Assembly (NCBI GenBank): GCA_963667035.1
Contig: OY762964.1
Location: 224,001 to 288,000, forward strand
Source of the DNA: Candidatus Cloacimonadales bacterium
GTDB taxonomy: Bacteria > Cloacimonadota > Cloacimonadia > Cloacimonadales > JAFGVF01
Length of the DNA stretch: 64,000 nt
Direction of reading: 5' to 3'
Positions 47,606-55,878 of this stretch are shown one piece after another. How positions within the stretch are numbered: the first letter of the stretch is position 1; each line of letters begins with the position of its first letter. Position numbers and translations under genes: made by a program. The notes beneath the pieces are model-generated. The model was not told the DNA's origin, did not search any database, and worked only from the letters and a program-made list of their open reading frames with translations.

Positions 47606-50008
47606 TTACCTCATTTTGATATTAAATTGCTGTTCTAACAGCTTAAGAATTTTTTTGAAAAGGTTCTCGATTAAGTTATCTGTCAATGTTTTTTTCTCCG
47701 ACCCAAAGATTATTGAGAAGGTTAAACTTCGACTTCCGTACTCGATACCTTTTCCTTTATATTCATCAATGAGTTTTACTTCCTTGATAATTGAGGGATT
47801 AACAGATTTAATCGCTTTCTCTATATTCTCAATAGTGATTTCTACTGATGATAGGAAAGATAAATCTCTTCTAATTAGCGGGAACTTTGAAGGTTCAACA
47901 AACTCCCTCGGGCTTGTTGAAGAGTTCGTCAGCATTTCTGTAAGATTAAAATCAAAAACAAATATGTCCTGCTTAAAATCAAGAATATTGATTCCGAAAT
48001 TTTCTACCACTTGAGGGTTTAACTTCCCTATCCTACCTATAACCACATCTCCTTTGGAGATCTCCAAAGACATGTTACCGACAAAATACGGTTCTTCACA
48101 AGCTTGGAACTTAGTATCTTGAATCTTCAAAGCATCAATAATCTCTTCGGCAATTCCTTTAACATCAAAGAAATCTATGTTATTGGTTCCGTCTTGCCAA
48201 TATTGATTTGTGCGATTACCGGTCATAAGACCTGATAACCGGTAGTTTTCATTGTATTGGTTATCAATATTATGGTATACTTTGTTTATTTCAAAAGTTT
48301 TAATATCCTGAGAGCCTCTATTCATATTGTAAAGAGCAATTTTAATTTGGTCAGTTATCAGATTGGTTCTCAAGATTGATGTGTCTGTCCCTTGTGGATT
48401 GATAAGTTTCACAGCTTTTCTTAGATAAGCATCATCGGACAGCTTCAGTTTATCCAAATCTTCAGGATTAGCAAAGGACAGTGTAACGGTATCGTAGAAA
48501 CGATTATTTATTAATAAGTCCTGAAGTTTTCGCTTGGCATTAAACAGTGCATGATTCATTATTCTTTGTGGTTTTAAACGTTGCTCAACGTTATTATAAC
48601 CATGAAGTCGAATAATCTCTTCAATCAGGTCAATTTCTCTGGTTAAATCATTACGATAAGAAGGAATTTCAAAGAATAAAGTATTGTTCTTATCTTCTTG
48701 GAATTTAAGTCCTAGATTCTGTAAATAGGCAATAATAGTGCTGTTATCAAGATTAATGGTGAGTACTTTTTTGACTCTCTCAGGTCTTAATCCAACAATT
48801 TGAGGAGTTAGCTTAGCGCTTCCTTTATCAAGACTTCCTTTAACAATTTTACCACCGGATAACTCTGCTATAAGTTCACAAGTCCTTTCACTTATAACAT
48901 CACAAGTTTCCGGACTTAAACCTCTTTCAAATCTATATGAGGAATCGGTAAACACTTTATGTTTATAAGAACTTTTCCTAACTGTAGGATACTCAAAGCA
49001 AGCAGCCTCAACAACAATATTAACAGTCTTATCGTGAATACTCTTTTCATTTCCTCCGATAATTCCGGCTAATGCAATCGGACCGTCACTGTCTGCAATG
49101 ACAAGGTCATCGTTAGTAAGATAATAAGTCTCATTATTCAGGGCGGTAAGCTTTTCACCTTCGACAGCATTTCTAATAATTATCTTTTTATCAGTTAAAA
49201 GATCATAATCAAAGGCATGTATAGGATGACCCCATTCCATCATCACATAGTTTGTAGCATCAACTATGTTATTGATAGGTCTCATTCCTATAGCTGTCAA
49301 ATAACGTTTTAACCAGTCCGGAGATTCTTTAATCTCAACGTTTTTAATGATTCTAGCTTTATATCGAGGGCATTTATCAGTAGCCTCAATATCCAGAGTT
49401 AACAAATCTTCAATTTTCTCTTCATCTTCTTGAAATACAGGAGTTTGAAGTTTTAGGGGGATGTTCAATAGGGCGGATAAATCACGAGCGACTCCAACCA
49501 TTCCAAGAAGATCAGGTCTGTTAGGAGTAATTTCCACTTCATAGACAGTGTCTTCTAACTCGTAATAAGTAGCTAAATCAGTTCCGATAGGGGCATCAGC
49601 AGGAAGCTCAATAATTCCGTCATGATTATCGGATAATTCCAGTTCTTTCTCAGAACAAATCATGCCTAAAGATTGATAGCCTCGAAGTTTTGCTTTCTTA
49701 ATTTTAAACTCTCCAAGAATAGTGCCAACAGGAGCAAAAGCTACTTTCAATCCTGTTCTAACATTTGGAGCACCACAAACAACCTGGACGGTCTCTGAAC
49801 CGTCATTTACTTGGCATAAGCTTAAATGGTCAGAGTCAGGCATCTTTTCGCAATTTAACACTTCTGCAATCTTAATTTGCTTTTGTAAATTACCACTCTT
49901 TTCAACTGCTTCAACTTCGATTCCGGCAAAAGTTAATCTATCTTCAAGCTCTTCCGGAGTGAGCTTCAAATCTATGTATTGTTTTAGCCAATTATAACTA
50001 ATCCGCAT
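47606..50008 (-). CDS. pheT: Phenylalanine--tRNA ligase beta subunit
   Basis: ISYNWL, VCGAPN, ITPNRPD, RFERG, DLIEEI.R, RRDLS. Confidence 0.98.
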   Translation of the reverse strand: MRISYNWLKQYIDLKLTPEELEDRLTFAGIEVEAVEKSGNLQKQIKIAEVLNCEKMPDSDHLSLCQVNDGSETVQVVCGAPNVRTGLKVAFAPVGTILGEFKIKKAKLRGYQSLGMICSEKELELSDNHDGIIELPADAPIGTDLATYYELEDTVYEVEITPNRPDLLGMVGVARDLSALLNIPLKLQTPVFQEDEEKIEDLLTLDIEATDKCPRYKARIIKNVEIKESPDWLKRYLTAIGMRPINNIVDATNYVMMEWGHPIHAFDYDLLTDKKIIIRNAVEGEKLTALNNETYYLTNDDLVIADSDGPIALAGIIGGNEKSIHDKTVNIVVEAACFEYPTVRKSSYKHKVFTDSSYRFERGLSPETCDVISERTCELIAELSGGKIVKGSLDKGSAKLTPQIVGLRPERVKKVLTINLDNSTIIAYLQNLGLKFQEDKNNTLFFEIPSYRNDLTREIDLIEEIIRLHGYNNVEQRLKPQRIMNHALFNAKRKLQDLLINNRFYDTVTLSFANPEDLDKLKLSDDAYLRKAVKLINPQGTDTSILRTNLITDQIKIALYNMNRGSQDIKTFEINKVYHNIDNQYNENYRLSGLMTGNRTNQYWQDGTNNIDFFDVKGIAEEIIDALKIQDTKFQACEEPYFVGNMSLEISKGDVVIGRIGKLNPQVVENFGINILDFKQDIFVFDFNLTEMLTNSSTSPREFVEPSKFPLIRRDLSFLSSVEITIENIEKAIKSVNPSIIKEVKLIDEYKGKGIEYGSRSLTFSIIFGSEKKTLTDNLIENLFKKILKLLEQQFNIKMR

Positions 50009-50025
50009 TATCTATCCCGTATATA

Positions 50026-51057
50026 TTAATTTTCGTTTCTGAACTGTTTTAAAACTCTTAAATCATTTTCGTAAAGTACTCTGATATCTCTTATTTTATA
50101 CTTAAGCATTGCAATACGATCGATTCCCAATCCAAAAGCAAAGCCCGTGTATTTTTCAGGATCAATTCCGGTCATTTCGAATACATTGGGATCAACCATT
50201 CCTGCTCCACCCATTTCAATCCAACCGCTGTCCTTACAAATCCGGCAACCGCTTCCACCGCAGCCTATGCAACTAATATCAATTTCGGCGCTTGGCTCTG
50301 TAAATGGGAAGAAATGAGGTCTAATCCTCGATTTAGTACCGGGACCAAACATCTTAACAACAAACTGATTCAATGTGTCTTTCAAATCTGCAAAGGTAAC
50401 ATTCTCATCCACATAAAGCGCTTCCACCTGATGGAAAACAGGTGAGTGAGTTGCATCAATCTTATCATTTCTATAGGCTCTACCCGGAGAAATGATACGG
50501 ATTGGTGGCTCAAACTTCTCCATAGTTCTGATTTGTACCGGAGAAGTATGAGTTCTCAGCAAAAGATTGTTTTCAACATAGAAGGTATCTGCCAGATTCC
50601 TGGACGGATGGTCCTTAGGGGTGTTCAGAGCGTCAAAGTTATGAAATTCATCTTCTATGTCAGTGCCTTCAGCTATCTCGAAACCGAGACTCATGAAAGC
50701 ATCTTCAATCTCACGCCAAACTAGAGTGAGAGGATGGAGAGACCCTTTATTAAAGCGTCTGCCCGGCATTGTTAAATCAATTGAAACATCCTTATTCTGG
50801 CGAGTAATCTCAGCACTCTTCAGCTCTGTTTGTTTCTCTGTTATCAATTTATCAAGTGCTTTTTTGGCATCATTTATAGCCTTACCAAAAGCAGGTCTCT
50901 CTTCGGGACTAAGTTCCTTCAGCTTAAGCATAAGCTGACTTAGCTCACTCTTTTTCCCTAAAAAAGTGGATTTAAGATTTAACAGTTCAGGCACCTTACT
51001 TGCCTTGGTTACCTTTCCCTCTGCTAACTCAATAATCCTTTTAAGCTTTTCTTTCAC
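50026..51057 (-). CDS. pheS: Phenylalanine--tRNA ligase alpha subunit
   Basis: LLRTHTSPVQ, FHQVE, FPFTEPS, GFAFGLGIDR. Confidence 0.98.
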   Translation of the reverse strand: MKEKLKRIIELAEGKVTKASKVPELLNLKSTFLGKKSELSQLMLKLKELSPEERPAFGKAINDAKKALDKLITEKQTELKSAEITRQNKDVSIDLTMPGRRFNKGSLHPLTLVWREIEDAFMSLGFEIAEGTDIEDEFHNFDALNTPKDHPSRNLADTFYVENNLLLRTHTSPVQIRTMEKFEPPIRIISPGRAYRNDKIDATHSPVFHQVEALYVDENVTFADLKDTLNQFVVKMFGPGTKSRIRPHFFPFTEPSAEIDISCIGCGGSGCRICKDSGWIEMGGAGMVDPNVFEMTGIDPEKYTGFAFGLGIDRIAMLKYKIRDIRVLYENDLRVLKQFRNEN

Positions 51058-51062
51058 TGTAT

Positions 51063-51413
51063 TTATTCACCTTTAGCAAGCTGACAAACACGTGCGAAAG
51101 CTTCAGCATCATGCCAAGCTAAATGAGCAAGAACCTTACGGTTAATGCGAATTTCAGCTTTATGTAAACCGTTAATCAATTGGCTGTAAGATAAGCCATT
51201 GATTCTGCTGGCTGCATTGATACGAGTAATCCAGAGACGACGGAAATTACGTTTCCTTTGTTTTCTATCTCTATAAGCGTATGTCCAACCTTTTTCTACA
51301 GTTTGGCGAGCTGTTTTATATCTGGTTCTTCTTGATGCGAAGTAACCCTTGGCGGCTTTTAAGTATGTTTTTTTTCTTCTTTTAGCGGCAACATTATTTA
51401 CTGAACGTGGCAT
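51063..51413 (-). CDS. rplT: 50S ribosomal protein L20
   Basis: YAYRDRKQRKRNFRRLWITRINAA. Confidence 0.98.
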   Translation of the reverse strand: MPRSVNNVAAKRRKKTYLKAAKGYFASRRTRYKTARQTVEKGWTYAYRDRKQRKRNFRRLWITRINAASRINGLSYSQLINGLHKAEIRINRKVLAHLAWHDAEAFARVCQLAKGE

Positions 51414-51437
51414 TTCATTCTCCTTTAATTTCTTTCT

Positions 51438-51632
51438 TTAGCAACCAATCATCTTTTTGATTCTTGGAACGTCAACGTTAACAACTATCGCAGAATCTCT
51501 GAGGTTTCTTTTAAGCTTTCTGCTTTTCTTGGTTTTAATATGAGCTGCTTTTGCATGATGACGTTTTACCTTACCGGTACCGGTTACTTTGAATCTTTTT
51601 GCCGCTGCTCTATGAGTTTTGATTTTAGGCAT
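51438..51632 (-). CDS. rpmI: 50S ribosomal protein L35
   Basis: [21 protein letters not shown]. Confidence 0.97.
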   Translation of the reverse strand: MPKIKTHRAAAKRFKVTGTGKVKRHHAKAAHIKTKKSRKLKRNLRDSAIVVNVDVPRIKKMIGC

Positions 51633-51652
51633 TATTCCTCCTCAATCTTCGT

Positions 51653-52282
51653 CTATTCGTTTGTCTCTTCCTGAGTTTCATCAGTGTCTATGTCTTCGAT
51701 TACAACACCTTTTTGTTCCAGAATTTTGTCGATTTCCTTCTTAGGACTAACTACCATTGACAATAAGTTTCTGTCACTTCTTGGTTTTGAATCCACATCT
51801 ATAAAATCTTTTAGATCTTCGGTAATGCGTTCAAGAAGCTCGAATCCTCTGTCCTTATGTGCCATCTGGCGACCACGGAATCTTACGGTAAACTTCACTT
51901 TATTGTGCTGTTTAAGGAACCTCATGGCATTCTTAGTTTTGAAATTATAGTCATGCTCTTCAGTGTTGGGACCGAACTTAACCTCTTTCACCTGAACCAC
52001 ATGCTGTTTCTTTCTGGCATCGCGTGCCTTGCGCTCTTTTTCATAGTAATACTTACTGAAATCAAGTATTCTGCATACAGGGGGTGTTGCCTTTGGAGAA
52101 ATCTCCACTAAATCAAGTCCGGCTTCTTCAGCTTTTTTCAAAGCCATTTTTACACTTACAACTCCGACCTGTTTTCCGTCTGCATCGATCAATCTTACTT
52201 CTCGTGCTGTAATTTGATCATTAATGTTTTCTTTTGGGACGACTTCTTTAGTCTTAGCCTTCCCTTTGCGTATCCGAATTAT
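51653..52282 (-). CDS. infC: Translation initiation factor IF-3, non-canonical ATA/ATT start (52282 or 52279)
   Basis: IF3 motifs (LDLVEISP...PPVCRI; FRGRQ); frame extends upstream through INDQITAREVRLID to AGGAGG-TTT-ATT-ATA-ATT. Confidence 0.95.
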   Translation of the reverse strand: MIRIRKGKAKTKEVVPKENINDQITAREVRLIDADGKQVGVVSVKMALKKAEEAGLDLVEISPKATPPVCRILDFSKYYYEKERKARDARKKQHVVQVKEVKFGPNTEEHDYNFKTKNAMRFLKQHNKVKFTVRFRGRQMAHKDRGFELLERITEDLKDFIDVDSKPRSDRNLLSMVVSPKKEIDKILEQKGVVIEDIDTDETQEETNE

Positions 52283-52324
52283 AATAAACCTCCTGTGTTT
52301 ATCCTTGTTAATTCTTTCGCCAAT

Positions 52325-52428
52325 AAAAAAAGGCGGTATTACCGCCTGCTTAAAATAGAGTTAACTTCTATTTATCACTAACCTTACACATACTATTGCA
52401 ATGGTAAGGTAGAAGCAGACAGCTTCAT
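52325..52428 (-). promoter_or_regulatory. L20 ribosomal protein leader (attenuator)
   Basis: Minus strand GAAGCTGTCTGCTTCTACCTTAC...GTAAGGT...AAGCAGGCGGT-AAT-ACCGCC-T7; terminator/antiterminator upstream of infC-rpmI-rplT. Confidence 0.8.
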
Positions 52429-52625
52429 TTCCTTAATGACATATACAAGATTTATGAATGCGTAACTACGTCAAGAAAAAAGAATTAATTAACGTTGTGG
52501 ACTCAGTTGACTTAGTAGGAGGAGCTATAAAAGTAAAACTCGAGGTCAAATGGTTCAAACAGAGAATATTTTTAAGTAAAATCCTTTGATCTCATTTCTA
52601 AGATGGAAGATAACTGAGTCTCTGC

Positions 52626-52793
52626 TCTCTTTCTGCAAATGAATAACCAAAACGCAGTTTTCCCACTGGTTCTGCACTGTGAAGGCACTGCCCACGCACT
52701 GAAACACCGGGTTGGTACTGGAGTCACAGTGCGTGCACAGTGCAAAAACAGTGAGTTATTAGTTTGTGGAGTGAAAGAGAAGGAAAATAGCGT
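52626..52793 (+). other. Highly structured intergenic element (candidate ncRNA or DNA element)
   Basis: Nested inverted repeats, G-T pairs favouring the + strand, 11-bp periodic CACTG/CAGTG. Confidence 0.6.
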
Positions 52794-52841
52794 AAGTTGT
52801 TGCAAATTGCACTGCTTATGGATACACATTCACTTAAAAGC

Positions 52842-52873
52842 AAAAAAGGCTGTTGAATATCTCAACAACCTTT
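52842..52873 (-). terminator. Rho-independent terminator after the Nif3 gene
   Basis: Minus strand GGTTGTTGA-GATAT-TCAACAGCC-TTTTTT. Confidence 0.82.
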
Positions 52874-52933
52874 AAAAATCTTTGTCGTGATTAACGATAG
52901 ATAATACAGAAACTAATCTTAATCAGTTACGAA

Positions 52934-54022
52934 CTATATACTCTCCAGAGTAGTATACTCATGCTCATCAAGAGTTAGGTATTCGAACTCTAGCTCATCA
53001 CAGGACAGATAGTTCTCAAGTTTCTTAAGTACAGGATACTCAGTAAATAGATGTCCCGCATCGATCAAAGGGAGTTTACTGTCCAGAATAGTATGGTAAG
53101 TGAGGTCGGCAGTTACAAGAATATCAGCTTTACCAATAGCTTTTCCAATAACAGATGCTCCGCTTCCACCACATACGGCGACAGTAGTAACATTGGATTC
53201 TTTGCTCTTATTTCCATACCAAAGTCTTACAAACGGTGCGTTCAATTGTTTTTTCACAAATGTTGCAAAACTTCTAAAATCAATTGGCTCAGCCAGTTTC
53301 CCAATTAATCCAAGGCTGTATGTGGGAATAGGATTCTCTACTTTAGTGATGGTATAAACCGGCTCCTCATAGGAGTGGTTAGCATGAATCACTCTCATCA
53401 TTGTTGCTTTTAGAAATGATTCAGCCATGAATTCAAGTTTCACTTCTTTTACCGTAGAAAGTTCATCATTAGTTCCCAAGGTTGGATTACTTCCATGTAG
53501 AGGTTTGAAGTTACTCTCAACTTGCCAGGAGCTTGAACAACTGTCATAGAATCCTATTTTGCCTCCACCGGAATCAGCAACAGCCTTCTTAACTCTATCT
53601 AGATCTTCTTCCGGTAGATATACTTCAAATTTAAGCCAATCGGTTCCCGATTCATGTGATAATGCTTGCCAATCCGATAATCCGAGAGTTTCAGCTAGTG
53701 CAGTATTTACACCTCCGTCTACAATATCCAAATTAGTGTGCATTGAGATAACTGCTATTCTTTTTTGGATAAGTTCAATATAGACCGGATTTGTTATGCA
53801 ATTTATTGCTCTGAAAATGAATGGATGGTGAGAGATAATCAAATCCGCCTTTATCTCAATAGCTTTCTTTATAGCTTTATCCGTAACGTCAAGGGTGAGC
53901 AGTATTTTCTTTACTTCCCAATCGGGACTTCCAAGCATCAAACCTACATTATCCCAATGATAAGCAATTGCCGTAGGAGCAAGTGTGTTTAATCTATTCA
54001 ATATATCTTTGATTGTTAGCAT
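52934..54022 (-). CDS. Nif3-like dinuclear metal centre protein (GTP cyclohydrolase 1 type 2 homologue) with PII-like insert
   Basis: WDNVGL, HHPF, HTNLD...GGVN, H.YEEP, CGGSG, DAGH..TE. Confidence 0.93.
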   Translation of the reverse strand: MLTIKDILNRLNTLAPTAIAYHWDNVGLMLGSPDWEVKKILLTLDVTDKAIKKAIEIKADLIISHHPFIFRAINCITNPVYIELIQKRIAVISMHTNLDIVDGGVNTALAETLGLSDWQALSHESGTDWLKFEVYLPEEDLDRVKKAVADSGGGKIGFYDSCSSSWQVESNFKPLHGSNPTLGTNDELSTVKEVKLEFMAESFLKATMMRVIHANHSYEEPVYTITKVENPIPTYSLGLIGKLAEPIDFRSFATFVKKQLNAPFVRLWYGNKSKESNVTTVAVCGGSGASVIGKAIGKADILVTADLTYHTILDSKLPLIDAGHLFTEYPVLKKLENYLSCDELEFEYLTLDEHEYTTLESI

Positions 54023-54047
54023 GAATACCTCTTAAAGTATAATCTGA

Positions 54048-54860
54048 TTAAAGTAGTCTTTCGACCATCTCCGTGAAACCGTTCTTATTGTTTGAAGCAA
54101 CGACTTCGTATTTCTTCTTCATATCGGCAGGAGCATTATTGACAACAAAGCTGTTATCGGTGATTTCCAACATATCAATGTCATTGTAATCATTCCCTAA
54201 TACTGCTATTTCGGTTCTGTTTATTTCAAGCCTGTCAGCAAGAAGAAGAGAAGTGTGACCTTTGGAAACATTCAGAGGGAATATCTCAATCCAAGTGGAT
54301 TTTTTATCAATAGGAGAGGTTGTCCTGATTATGGTTAGTTCCGGCATAAGCACTCTAAGCTTTTCAATAACGTTCTTGCCATCTTCCGGAACAATACCCA
54401 ACACTTGAGTTGCAGGTTTATAGCAATGGCTTTCCTTTATCAATTCTGTGCCGTAATTCTCATATAGTTTGATTCTTCTTTTGAAATCAGGATTCATGCA
54501 CCCGTGACTATAATAATAGAACTTATGGTTTTCCGGGATTGGTTCATGTACCATGAAGTCTATCTCATGTTCCATTAAGATTTCAGAGCACATTTGTACT
54601 TCTTCCTGAGTTAACTCGGCAGTCTCAAGCATAGTTTGTGTTTTCCAGTTCATTAAACCACCACCGGAAGAAAAAATAAGGAAATCAATAGGAAAATCGG
54701 GAGGAATAACTTCTTTGAAACTGAATAAAGATCGCCCTGTTGCGATAACCCTAAATATCTTTTTCTGCCCTACCTTCTCAAGTGTGTAATAATCAATCTC
54801 ACTCACTTTACCTCTATTAGATAAAAGTGTCCCGTCCAAATCCGTAATAACTAATCTCAT
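54048..54860 (-). CDS. Cof-type HAD hydrolase
   Basis: TDLDGTLL, IATGRS, VSKG, GNDYNDIDML. Confidence 0.9.
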   Translation of the reverse strand: MRLVITDLDGTLLSNRGKVSEIDYYTLEKVGQKKIFRVIATGRSLFSFKEVIPPDFPIDFLIFSSGGGLMNWKTQTMLETAELTQEEVQMCSEILMEHEIDFMVHEPIPENHKFYYYSHGCMNPDFKRRIKLYENYGTELIKESHCYKPATQVLGIVPEDGKNVIEKLRVLMPELTIIRTTSPIDKKSTWIEIFPLNVSKGHTSLLLADRLEINRTEIAVLGNDYNDIDMLEITDNSFVVNNAPADMKKKYEVVASNNKNGFTEMVERLL

Positions 54861-54863
54861 AAT

Positions 54864-55733
54864 TTACTCCATCAATTGATAAGTACTTAAACTTAAAGGT
54901 GATCTAAGACTTCCAAGAGTTTTCTCTATGAAAACACCCTCTTGTACTGATTTCTGATAACCAAAAGTAGATCTAATGGATAAAGAAACAAACTGAACTG
55001 CTCTCTCCAAAGCAATAGGCAAACTGTCACCTTGCATCAAAGAACCGTTCAAGACACTAGTAAAAACGTCTCCGGTTCCGGGATACTCGGCAGGAAGATA
55101 TGTACAATCGACCTTCCAGAATCTATCCATATCTTTATTATAACCCACAACAGAGGTAATGGCACCATCTTTTTGAGGGATGCTTGTAATAACTGAATAG
55201 CTGGGTCCGAGTTTAGACAATTCAAAACACCAGTCTTTAATCATCTCATTGCTCATTTCAGAAGGAATCTGTCTGTCTAAAAGAAAAGCAGCTTCAGTGA
55301 TATTCGGTGTTATTAAATCAGCTATTTGGACTAATTCTTTCATCTTTACTATTATATTCTCGTCGAAGCACGAATAAAGTTCTCCATTATCAGCCATAAC
55401 GGGATCAATCGTAATTAATTGATTATCCTTCTTGAAGTCATGAATAAATGATTTCACTATATTGATTTGTTTGGGGGAGCCTAAGAACCCACTGTAGATA
55501 TTATCAAAAGTAAATTCCAACTTCTTCCAGTGAGCAATAAACTCGTGCATCTGAGGGGTGAGATCAAGAAAACTGAAACCACTTAATCCGGTGTGAGTAG
55601 ATAATATGGCTGTAGGTATTGAACTAACTTGTATTCCCATCGTTGTAAGAATAGGAATAACAACGCCTAATGAGACTCTTCCGAAGCCTGATAAATCATG
55701 AAATGCTGCACAGTGTTTAACCGGATTTAACAT
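54864..55733 (-). CDS. pdxK: Pyridoxamine/pyridoxal kinase
   Basis: HDLSGFGR.SL, LSTHTG, YSGFLGS, DPVMAD.G, TPNITEA, GTGD.F. Confidence 0.88.
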   Translation of the reverse strand: MLNPVKHCAAFHDLSGFGRVSLGVVIPILTTMGIQVSSIPTAILSTHTGLSGFSFLDLTPQMHEFIAHWKKLEFTFDNIYSGFLGSPKQINIVKSFIHDFKKDNQLITIDPVMADNGELYSCFDENIIVKMKELVQIADLITPNITEAAFLLDRQIPSEMSNEMIKDWCFELSKLGPSYSVITSIPQKDGAITSVVGYNKDMDRFWKVDCTYLPAEYPGTGDVFTSVLNGSLMQGDSLPIALERAVQFVSLSIRSTFGYQKSVQEGVFIEKTLGSLRSPLSLSTYQLME

Positions 55734-55878
55734 ATCAACTCCCTGAATTATTATAGTAACTCCTATAAACCCTTCTACAAACATGGATAGGCGAAAAGAG
55801 ATTTATGACAAGCTTTTTATCCATAGATTTATCTAAGAACTTGGGAGCTATTCTGTTGTCTATTTGAATAGCAAAATT

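Noticed and set aside
52641..52761. Integron attC site (TAAC...GTTA palindrome)
   Set aside because: Cores do not fit RYYYAAC/GTTRRRY, L-box spacing is wrong, and no cassette array or integrase is present
52572..52875. Short ORFs (78 aa +, 85 aa -) over the structured element
   Set aside because: No RBS or family motif; open frames are explained by the GC-richer palindromic sequence
52560..52930. RNase P RNA, which often lies downstream of Nif3 genes
   Set aside because: No GAGGAAAGTCC or 3' P4 signature seen on either strand
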